From: Clostridia bacterium | GTDB lineage: Bacteria > Bacillota > Clostridia > TANB77 > CAG-465 | Assembly (NCBI GenBank): GCA_028692955.1 | Contig: JAQUWH010000005.1 | Span: forward strand, 4,615-68,614 | DNA: 64,000 nt | Direction of reading: 5' to 3' | Shown here: positions 56,686 through 64,000 of the stretch, in pieces | Layout: each line of letters begins with the position of its first letter | Numbering within the stretch: the stretch's first letter is position 1 | Position numbers and translations under genes: made by a program | Notes under the pieces: generated by a model | Told to the model about the DNA's origin: nothing | The model's input: the letters and a program-made list of their open reading frames with translations, nothing else | The model's database searches: none

Positions 56686-58431
56686 TTACTCACCTAGATA
56701 TTTCTTGTAAATGCTTTTTGCTTTATCAGAGGTTGCAATTGCCTTTACTATATTTTTATTTGTTTCAGATGAATAATTTCCTTCATCCCATGTTCCATAA
56801 GTAGATTTACTATACCACCAAGAAACATCAGATTCTGTTGGTTCTTGCATTAAAGCAATTTTATATACTCTTCTAATTGCCTCTCTACCATTTAACTTCC
56901 TATCTACTACTTCTTTTCCAAACATAAATGTTGAAACGTATTTTTCTCCTGTATAACCTGTTGCATTATACCATGAAAGCACCTCGGAAGTCATTGGTAT
57001 TCGTTGATATGCACCATAGAACAAATTATAAATAAAATTCTCTTTTCTATCTTTATATTCTTGGTATATTGGTTTTGTTATCATAACAGACTGTAAAGTT
57101 GCATTGCCTATTTTACCCCATCCAGCAACTAAAGTAAATTTAGCATAATCGTTTGGGATTCCTCTTACATTGCTATACACAATCTTGATTTCTTTATTTG
57201 GTTTATCTTCTGAAAATGTTCGCTTTGAATAAGTAAAGCCTTCCTCTTTAATGTAATCAGACATATTATTTTCATTAATATTAATAATCGTCTTATCAAA
57301 ATATTTTATTTTATAGGTAACCGTACTACCAAATACTATTTTACTTGATAACTCTCCTAAAATATATGGTCCTGTAAGTTCAGGTTGTGTTAAGTTCTCC
57401 CCACTACCTCCACCAGATGTAGCTGATTTTTTGATCTTGATAGTATCTTTGCTACGTACCGTTGGATTAGATGATATTTTCCCATGGAATACATTATTTG
57501 CAATTTGTGCCGTACACAAAACAGCTCCTGGTGTATCTGAAATCATAGAACCTAAATCATCAGATTTCAATTCAAATGTTGCAGTCCATGTATCAGCAGC
57601 ACCTATTTTTTTATCTATACTACTTGGTAAGACACTTTTTTCATTGTCAAAACCACTTAATTTCAAATTTTCTTTTAACATCTTTGGTATATCATTAATG
57701 TTATCTGTATAGTTTTGAATTTTAACATCATATTTTACTTTTTCACTTTGGTTCATCACATAGGTTGGGTAGCCATCTTCTTCTTTTATTGTTAAGCTTT
57801 TATTTAAGTCTATTTCTATATAAATATTTTCTTGTATTAAGTCACTAATAGCTGTTTCTTTCCATGCATTATTTTTAACAATGCCACCATAGTTGATTTT
57901 AATTCTTTCAATAGAAGAAGTTGGAACAATTAAATTAAATATTGCTCCTGCCATAGTGGTACTACTATTTTTTAATTTAACATAGATTTGATCTCCTACA
58001 TTTAAATAATAAGTACCATTTTTAAGTGATCTTTTATCTACACTTTTAATATCTACTTCGTTTACTTTTCCTGTTTTTGCCTCAAATATATCTTTATTAT
58101 AATCAATATAATATTGCTCTATAAACGGTGCATCTGTTATGGTAACACCATTTTCCATTGCATAAACATCCTTTGTATAGGTTTTTTTATGTACTTCAAG
58201 TTGAATATCATATAGGTTACCAGTATTTGCAAGATTTGCAATATAATTATCATACATTGCTTGGGTAATATAGCCTGAGTTTACCACTTCATCTACAAAA
58301 TTGGTAGTCACTTTTAAAGCTAAATTATATGACATATCGTCTTGTCTTTCAAAATGATTGTATAAAGGAAATAAAACCATCAAGATGACAAAAACTAACA
58401 TAACAATGACAATGCTTAAATTATCTTTCAA
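56686..58431 (-). CDS. Pilin-like N-terminus protein, 581 aa, with C-terminal DUF4214-like repeats
   Basis: TTG start after GGAGGG. The first ~190 aa are paralogous to the 260-aa protein (FPLYNHFERQDDMSYNLALKVTTNF vs LPLYIAFEKKDDISYSLALKITTNF). The C-terminus has IYNLFYGAYQRIPMTSEVLSWY and VYKIALMQEPTESDVSWWY. Confidence 0.65.
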   Translation of the reverse strand: MKDNLSIVIVMLVFVILMVLFPLYNHFERQDDMSYNLALKVTTNFVDEVVNSGYITQAMYDNYIANLANTGNLYDIQLEVHKKTYTKDVYAMENGVTITDAPFIEQYYIDYNKDIFEAKTGKVNEVDIKSVDKRSLKNGTYYLNVGDQIYVKLKNSSTTMAGAIFNLIVPTSSIERIKINYGGIVKNNAWKETAISDLIQENIYIEIDLNKSLTIKEEDGYPTYVMNQSEKVKYDVKIQNYTDNINDIPKMLKENLKLSGFDNEKSVLPSSIDKKIGAADTWTATFELKSDDLGSMISDTPGAVLCTAQIANNVFHGKISSNPTVRSKDTIKIKKSATSGGGSGENLTQPELTGPYILGELSSKIVFGSTVTYKIKYFDKTIININENNMSDYIKEEGFTYSKRTFSEDKPNKEIKIVYSNVRGIPNDYAKFTLVAGWGKIGNATLQSVMITKPIYQEYKDRKENFIYNLFYGAYQRIPMTSEVLSWYNATGYTGEKYVSTFMFGKEVVDRKLNGREAIRRVYKIALMQEPTESDVSWWYSKSTYGTWDEGNYSSETNKNIVKAIATSDKAKSIYKKYLGE

Positions 58432-58449
58432 GTATATTCCCTCCTTTTA

Positions 58450-58950
58450 CTAGAAAAATTCTATATTGGTTGCTCTCTTAATTGAGATATCTACAATTTT
58501 AACATTGTCTTTAGTATCATAGCTTACTTTATTATACGTTAAAATGTATTTTGAATCTTTTCCATCTTTTGCCGCAAGAATAGCATAGATATCCTTGATA
58601 GTGGCGTCTCTTGGTAATTGCATTAGCCCTTCTATTGTCACATTATATTTTGTGATAACTGCATTGTTGCTATCAGTTGTGATGGTTCCATTATTTTCTT
58701 CATTACCATATAAATCTCTTGCTACATAATTGTAGTAATAAGAAATTACCTCATTGATATTAAGCAAGATATCTTGTTCAACTGGAGTTTCTACAATAGT
58801 AGCGCCACCTTGCACTTCTGTATTGTAATCGTAGGCAAGATTAGCAAAATTAGTAATAGAGCCAAACAGATAAAGTGTTATTGTCAGTGCAACGATAAAC
58901 ACAAATATATATGCACCAGTATATAACGCTTCTAATGCTGAATCTTCCAT
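58450..58950 (-). CDS. Pilin-like N-terminus protein, 166 aa
   Basis: MEDSALEALYTGAYIFVFIVALTITLYLFG followed by a small soluble domain. Good SD (AAGGAGGAAG). Confidence 0.6.
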   Translation of the reverse strand: MEDSALEALYTGAYIFVFIVALTITLYLFGSITNFANLAYDYNTEVQGGATIVETPVEQDILLNINEVISYYYNYVARDLYGNEENNGTITTDSNNAVITKYNVTIEGLMQLPRDATIKDIYAILAAKDGKDSKYILTYNKVSYDTKDNVKIVDISIKRATNIEFF

Positions 58951-58962
58951 ACTCTTCCTCCT

Positions 58963-59391
58963 TTATTTTTTATATTCTGCCACCATAATGGTAGTAAAAC
59001 CTGATTTTTCTTCTACACTTGTTACATATAAAGTGGATTCGTTAATATTACTGATTAACTTTTCTTTTGCTTCCGGTGTTGTGTAATCTAAATTTTTATA
59101 TCTAAACAACACGATAGTGTCATTCATATAACGATTTAATGCATTAACAATTTCTATTCCAGTTTTAACATTTCCACTAAAGGTGTACCCCTCTTTTGTA
59201 CTAGTTCCTTCTTTATAGGTATCAAACTCATCAAAGCGGTTTTGAATGGATACATCCGTTTCATATACTTGAGAATAGATTCTTTGCATTTGTCCTACAG
59301 AAAACAGGACTCCGCTTGTCACTATAATCGTAATTAGTACACCAACAGCAATCGTTATTGCCTTATTTGATGCATCATCCAAAACACTCAC
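58963..59391 (-). CDS. Pilin-like N-terminus protein, ~140 aa
   Basis: (MSVL)DDASNKAITIAVGVLITIIVTSGVLF. The likely true start is TTG 59382, 7-8 nt after AGGAGG, giving MDDASNKA-ITIAVG. Confidence 0.6.
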   Translation of the reverse strand: MSVLDDASNKAITIAVGVLITIIVTSGVLFSVGQMQRIYSQVYETDVSIQNRFDEFDTYKEGTSTKEGYTFSGNVKTGIEIVNALNRYMNDTIVLFRYKNLDYTTPEAKEKLISNINESTLYVTSVEEKSGFTTIMVAEYKK

Positions 59392-59398
59392 CTCCTAG

Positions 59399-60181
59399 TT
59401 ACATTTGAATAGAAGCATATCGATACGATTCGTTTTGTATCGTTCCTCCATAATTAATATATACTTTCATATTATTGCCTGTATCAGCTCCAAAAGTAAG
59501 TGTATTAAATAATACAGATGCAATTGTCGTATTCGTATTTCTAATAATAACCGTAAATTGATCTCCCTTATTCATTGGATACACTACTGTTTTGCCTGTA
59601 GGCGAACTGACATCATCAATCTTATATAATCCTGATACTAACGAAATCTCAGAGGCATTCATTCTCTTATATACATTGGTATCGGTTATATCTAGAGCAT
59701 TGGTAGCAATTTCATTTACTCTAGCTCCCTCTAGCATATCAATAATTTGACTGCCTGTGTACCTTTCTTCTGAAAGTTCATAAGCTAAAATCAAATTATC
59801 ATAGATGTTCCCACGAGAATCTTTAATTACCCTATCTTTTTCGAATTGATTTTTATATAGATTATAATCAAACGTTGCTACGATTTCTTTGTACGTATCA
59901 TCTTTATATGAATATATCACTGGATTATATTTTTTTGCAACATGTTCTATTGTAATATCGTACGCATTATCACTTACTGCCAAATTTTCTATAAACTTAT
60001 TATACATGCCTAGTGTTAAATAACCTTTATTTTTTACATCATTAGCAAAATTTGTGGTTATCTTCAAAGCAAGTGAATACGATATATCATCTTTTTTCTC
60101 AAATGCAATATATAATGGCAATAAAAAGAATATTACAACAGCTATTATAATCGAAAATACCCTTTGTAAACTATCTTCCAT
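59399..60181 (-). CDS. Pilin-like N-terminus protein, 260 aa (paralog of the N-terminal part of the 581-aa protein)
   Basis: MEDSLQRVFSIIIAVVIFFLLPLY. Blocks shared with the 581-aa protein include NYGG[TI][IV][QK]N near residue 250. Confidence 0.65.
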   Translation of the reverse strand: MEDSLQRVFSIIIAVVIFFLLPLYIAFEKKDDISYSLALKITTNFANDVKNKGYLTLGMYNKFIENLAVSDNAYDITIEHVAKKYNPVIYSYKDDTYKEIVATFDYNLYKNQFEKDRVIKDSRGNIYDNLILAYELSEERYTGSQIIDMLEGARVNEIATNALDITDTNVYKRMNASEISLVSGLYKIDDVSSPTGKTVVYPMNKGDQFTVIIRNTNTTIASVLFNTLTFGADTGNNMKVYINYGGTIQNESYRYASIQM

Positions 60182-60196
60182 CTATCTTTCTCCTAT

Positions 60197-60673
60197 TTAT
60201 ATTTTATAAACAATTTCAACTAATAAAACATCTTCATTATTGACTGACTTTGTCATAGTAAATTTTTGTGTTGGAACAATGAATTGTAAGGCTTGATTAT
60301 ATGACTTTTCATCTAAATTTGTCCTAGAACTTTTGACCACCACATTTTTATTAGTGGCATCTACATTGGTATAGCTTTCAAATGAGTGATCTTGGCGAAT
60401 ATAAGTCACATTAATTTGTGCTTTTTCATCTCTATAGAAGTAATTTAAAAGATTGATAACATCTGTACCTTTTATTTCAACAGTATTATCTGTTTTTAGT
60501 AATATATTTTCAATATAATTAGCATATTCCTGTCCAATATCAGTACCCGTTCCAATTGCATTAACTAAATCTTTTGAGGTACTATAATATGCTAGAACTC
60601 CGGTAATTGTTGCAATCGTTACAAATACGCTTGCTCCTATCATAATTGCCCTCATTGGTGCACTTTCATCCAC
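60197..60673 (-). CDS. Pilin-like N-terminus protein, 158 aa
   Basis: GTG start 8 nt after AAGGGGG. The N-terminus is MDESAPMRAIMIGASVFVTIATITGVLAYY. Confidence 0.6.
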   Translation of the reverse strand: MDESAPMRAIMIGASVFVTIATITGVLAYYSTSKDLVNAIGTGTDIGQEYANYIENILLKTDNTVEIKGTDVINLLNYFYRDEKAQINVTYIRQDHSFESYTNVDATNKNVVVKSSRTNLDEKSYNQALQFIVPTQKFTMTKSVNNEDVLLVEIVYKI

Positions 60674-60701
60674 TAAAATCGCCCCCTTACCTATGTGCTT
60701 T

Positions 60702-60790
60702 AAAAATCACTCCGATAACAAGTGATTTTTAAAACATATATATATATATGTTTTAAAAGGTATATAACTATAGTATAATTATATACCTTT
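60702..60790 (-). promoter_or_regulatory. Three consecutive stem-loops between the tandem small pilin-like genes and the downstream subunit genes (candidate partial terminator or processing region)
   Basis: AAAAATCACT/AGTGATTTTT (60702-60730). A perfect 32-nt AT palindrome TTTTAAAACATATATATATATATGTTTTAAAA (60727-60758). AAAGGTATATA/TATATACCTTT (60756-60790). Confidence 0.45.
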
Positions 60791-60803
60791 TACTTATTGT
60801 TTT

Positions 60804-61280
60804 CTATTTTTCAAAGTATAATCCAACTACGTTATCAGAACCAGCTATTTTAATAACATGTGATTTGTATTTTGCTGTTGATGGAGCATAAGTCCCAGCC
60901 GCACTACTATCACTTAAAGCACCAATCCCAGATGGAGTATATCTCTCAGAAGTGATACTTGTTGTTGTATAATCACCTGCCACTGTTGCTGTTACTTTTC
61001 CATAATTTGTAGTAGTTGTTCCATTTTTTACAATGAGAACCATGCTTTCATCTTTGTAATATCTTTTGATAGCAGTTACTACTTGAGCTCCTGTTATTGT
61101 TGAATCATCAAAATCTGCTGTTAGTTGTGCTTGCAAACTCTTTGATATGTTAGATACTTGCTCTTGCCCACCCTGTAACATTTCTTGACCCATACCTGTA
61201 ATTAACATAACTGCTGCTATGATAATGATGGTAATAAATAATCCAACACCAATCATAATTGCCTTTTGTGCGTTATCCAT
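60804..61280 (-). CDS. Small pilin-like protein, copy 2 (candidate major subunit)
   Basis: 158 aa. MDNAQKAIMIGVGLFITIIIIAAVMLITGMG followed by a Ser/Thr/Gly-rich globular part. It is the tandem paralog of the next gene. Confidence 0.7.
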   Translation of the reverse strand: MDNAQKAIMIGVGLFITIIIIAAVMLITGMGQEMLQGGQEQVSNISKSLQAQLTADFDDSTITGAQVVTAIKRYYKDESMVLIVKNGTTTTNYGKVTATVAGDYTTTSITSERYTPSGIGALSDSSAAGTYAPSTAKYKSHVIKIAGSDNVVGLYFEK

Positions 61281-61291
61281 ATCTTTTCCTC

Positions 61292-61786
61292 CTATTTCTT
61301 TTTAAAATATATCCCAATAACATTATCAGAATTATTTATCTTAATTAAATGTGCTTCAAATTGTGCAGTAGTTGGTACATATGTTTTAGCATTACTAGCA
61401 TCTGACAATTTTCCTACCCCTTCAGGAGTATTAGCAGTAGTTGATTGCACGGCACCATAGCCTGTAAAATCGTTTCCACTTGTATAGTTATTTGGATTAA
61501 TTTTTCCATAACTAGATACACCTTTGCCATTATTAACAATTAAAGCCATTGTTTCATCCTTGTAATATCTTTTGATAGCAGTAATGACTTGTGCACCAGT
61601 TACAGTTGCTTCATCAAAGTCTGCAGTAAGTTGTGCTTGCAAGCTACTTGATATGTTAGATACTTGATTTTGACCTTGTGTTAACATATCCTGTCCCATT
61701 CCCGTAATCAGCATAACTGCTGCTATGATGATGATAGTAATAAACAACCCAACACCAATCATAATCGCCTTTTGCGCATTATCCAT
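61292..61786 (-). CDS. Small pilin-like protein, copy 1 (candidate major subunit)
   Basis: 164 aa. The first 31 residues are identical to copy 2. SD is AAAGGGGGGAA. It lies directly downstream of the platform gene. Confidence 0.7.
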   Translation of the reverse strand: MDNAQKAIMIGVGLFITIIIIAAVMLITGMGQDMLTQGQNQVSNISSSLQAQLTADFDEATVTGAQVITAIKRYYKDETMALIVNNGKGVSSYGKINPNNYTSGNDFTGYGAVQSTTANTPEGVGKLSDASNAKTYVPTTAQFEAHLIKINNSDNVIGIYFKKK

Positions 61787-61831
61787 TTTAAAATTCCCCC
61801 CTTTAAATATTTATTTATTAGTATTTTTACA

Positions 61832-63889
61832 TTAGAAAGACATATTATTAAAGTAGCTCATCATTTGCATAATACTTACCACCATCAGTGGTGCTACTAA
61901 ATAACCGCCTATTAAGAGTACCATTGGTGTAAAGCCTAATGCTTTTCCCATTGTTACTTTCTTTTGGATTAATCTTTGATTTCCTTCTTTTCTTCTTTCA
62001 TAGAAGAAAGATCTTTCTGTTTCCAGTTCATCAAAGGCAGCTCTAACTGGTATTCTTTCAACAGCAGATTCTAATTGTTCTACTATTCTTTGGAAATCTT
62101 TATATGGGACGGCTTCTTTTAACTCTTCTAAGGCTCTTTCAGCACCAGATTCATAGTTATTTAAGCAGGTATCAATCGGTTCTTTAAAAGCATAGGAGAA
62201 TCTTGAAAGCCATTCAAGTATCGTTTGTACGTCAATTCTATCAATATACATTAGCATCAAGATAATAGATTGGAACTGCATAATTTCATTTTCTTTTTCC
62301 ATCTCTCTTATTTTGTTCTTAACATACAAGATAAACGATGGCATCATGTATGCTATTAATGCAATCAGCAATGCTGTAAATACTTGCCAAAACTTAAGGT
62401 AAGATTGTTTGACTGCTTCAATTTTAGAATAGATTCTATCTACTGAAGTATTATCTACTTCACCAGTAATTGGATCTATCATCTGTGCAGCAAGTTCTTC
62501 TTTTGTTACCTTTTTATTCTTGTATTTATCAATATATGTTTTATCTGTTTTATTAATGGATTCTGCAGCAGCTTGTTGCTCTGCACTAAGTTTACCAAAT
62601 GATAAGAACTCTTCACTTATTTTATTATAGATAGAAGATACGTCAATACGTTGCATATTTAGTAATAGTATTAACGAAGCAACGAATGTAATAACTGCTG
62701 CGGTTAATTTATTAACATATAACCATTCAATAGTTAAATAAGCATTGGTATTTTTAATCAATGCAGTTTCTTTTCTATATTTTTTAGTATTTTCTCTAGT
62801 TTTAAAAGCATCTACTATCAATTTAAAAAGACGAATGTTATATAACTTCTCTTGCCATTTAATATTTGATACTCTGTCAAATTTTATTTCTTCTACGTCT
62901 TCTTTTATAATTCTTAACATCAAATACGATATAAATATCGAAACGATAATTAAGGATTGAACAAAGAATCCGATACTACTATCATAAAAGTTCATTAAAG
63001 CTGGGAAATTAGATTCCGCCCATGCCTGTAATGGTTTAATCGCTACCAATGGTACAACAGCAATAATGGTTAAACTTCTAAACATATAGTTAATTTTATC
63101 TCTTTTTAATATTTCTAGATAAATATCGCTTAATATATTATTTAAGTTCTTTAAATAGACAGAAGTCCCGTCTACTTTTCTGTCACCTAGATCAAGTGTC
63201 AAGTATGATACACCAGCAAATAATTTTAAGAACCTATTTGGTGCTGTATCATAATATCTTTCAAGTTCTATTTCCGGATTTTCAGAAATCATTGCCTCTT
63301 TAATTCTTCTAAGTTGAGGAACAATTTCTTTATCTCCCAAGTCATCTATTGCGGAATTAAAAGCTTCTTCAACCATTCCATGCTCATGAAATGCATGTCT
63401 AATACTAGTAAATGCTTCCGGCATTTGTTTTAACATTTTTTCTGATACAGATGTAATACCTATATCAATTATTTTTTCAGTTACAATTAAAACACCAATG
63501 ATGACAATTAAAGACATATATAAATCATCAACTAAATTAAGGAATACAAATAATGATACAAATAGGAACAAAATAGCTCTTATTACAGTTCTACCAGCTC
63601 TTCTTCTTAATTCATATTCAGTATAATCATTTGTCATTTCAAGTTTTAGTCTTGTTTTTTTCGTGTAATATTTAAGGACAGGCATTTTAGTAAAAGTTAA
63701 ATAGATAATTTGATAAAATTTATCAAATAAATCTTTGTAGTTTGTTTTTTCTTTTACAACAAGCTTATCCTTGCTATATAACACAGAATTTTTGGTATAC
63801 TTACGACGTATTATTTTGTAATAAAATAGTAAACCAAGTATTCCTATTACTGCAACTGCGATAAGGATAATTGCTATATTTGTAATCAT
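61832..63889 (-). CDS. Polytopic membrane protein with two T2SS-F (GspF/TadB-TadC/ArlJ)-like repeats: candidate fused type IV filament platform
   Basis: 685 aa. Each half has TM helices, a ~110-aa helical cytoplasmic block, then TM helices. The C-terminal block ...YKDFQRIVEQLESAVERIPVRAAFDELETERSFFYERRKEGNQRLIQKKVTMGKALGFTPMVLLIGGYLVAP resembles the TadC/GspF repeat consensus as I remember it. Confidence 0.55.
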   Translation of the reverse strand: MITNIAIILIAVAVIGILGLLFYYKIIRRKYTKNSVLYSKDKLVVKEKTNYKDLFDKFYQIIYLTFTKMPVLKYYTKKTRLKLEMTNDYTEYELRRRAGRTVIRAILFLFVSLFVFLNLVDDLYMSLIVIIGVLIVTEKIIDIGITSVSEKMLKQMPEAFTSIRHAFHEHGMVEEAFNSAIDDLGDKEIVPQLRRIKEAMISENPEIELERYYDTAPNRFLKLFAGVSYLTLDLGDRKVDGTSVYLKNLNNILSDIYLEILKRDKINYMFRSLTIIAVVPLVAIKPLQAWAESNFPALMNFYDSSIGFFVQSLIIVSIFISYLMLRIIKEDVEEIKFDRVSNIKWQEKLYNIRLFKLIVDAFKTRENTKKYRKETALIKNTNAYLTIEWLYVNKLTAAVITFVASLILLLNMQRIDVSSIYNKISEEFLSFGKLSAEQQAAAESINKTDKTYIDKYKNKKVTKEELAAQMIDPITGEVDNTSVDRIYSKIEAVKQSYLKFWQVFTALLIALIAYMMPSFILYVKNKIREMEKENEIMQFQSIILMLMYIDRIDVQTILEWLSRFSYAFKEPIDTCLNNYESGAERALEELKEAVPYKDFQRIVEQLESAVERIPVRAAFDELETERSFFYERRKEGNQRLIQKKVTMGKALGFTPMVLLIGGYLVAPLMVVSIMQMMSYFNNMSF

Positions 63890-63893
63890 TCTA

Positions 63894-64000
63894 TCACCTC
63901 CAAGCAGTATCTATGAAGTCATCAAATGATCTCACATCTTCAGCTGACATATTTTCTCTCATTGCCTTGATATTATCTTCAGATATCGGATTAGAAAATA
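63894..64000 (-). CDS. 3' end of an upstream gene of the same operon (unknown; truncated by window edge)
   Basis: Hand translation gives ...FSNPISEDNIKAMRENMSAEDVRSFDDFIDTAWR-stop (TGA 63896-63894). The stop lies inside the SD region of the platform gene. Confidence 0.45.
   Translation of the reverse strand, partial: FSNPISEDNIKAMRENMSAEDVRSFDDFIDTAWR

Overview
The window is a very AT-rich chromosomal segment, consistent with an endospore-forming, low-GC Firmicute (Clostridia-like). Nearly all genes lie on the minus strand. I saw no rRNA, tRNA or CRISPR.

The housekeeping backbone includes recA (cut by the window edge), rplM-rpsI, rpsU and two pseudouridine synthases. It also has hslO, xerD, rnhA, sua5, adk, map, hpf, polC, mreB and the alpha-operon block infA-rpmJ-rpsM-rpsK-rpsD-rpoA-rplQ.

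Sporulation genes are frequent: yunB, a DUF3794/LysM coat-like protein, veg and ctp. There is a spoIIAA-spoIIAB pair with no adjacent sigF, plus spoIIM. A spoIID / spoIIQ-like / spoIIID x2 / mreB neighbourhood resembles the Bacillus arrangement.

Accessory content:
1. A roughly 16 kb minus-strand locus (48.3-64.0 kb). It encodes a fused two-repeat T2SS-F/TadBC/ArlJ-like membrane platform, two tandem small pilin-like proteins and six further proteins with pilin-like N-termini. A separately promoted unit follows, with two paralogous membrane-anchored proteins and a 1337-aa secreted protein. I read this as a non-canonical (archaeal/Tad-like) type IV filament system and consider it the most interesting candidate.
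2. A translationally coupled AAA-ATPase plus RloB/TOPRIM-like pair (AbiL-like, split-OLD-type defence candidate).
3. Two sortase modules. One pairs a housekeeping-type sortase with a 994-aa thioester-domain, Cna-B-repeat LPVTG adhesin. The other pairs a class B sortase with a small protein that ends in NPNTGK and has no hydrophobic tail.
4. A compositionally foreign, G+C-richer coiled-coil membrane protein gene.
5. A roughly 1.1 kb G+C-richer insertion between map and infA, with consensus promoters and an orphan plus-strand terminator.
6. A frameshifted tmcAL gene.
7. A short IS3-type transposase remnant.

All functional calls come from motif recognition by eye. No database search was run.
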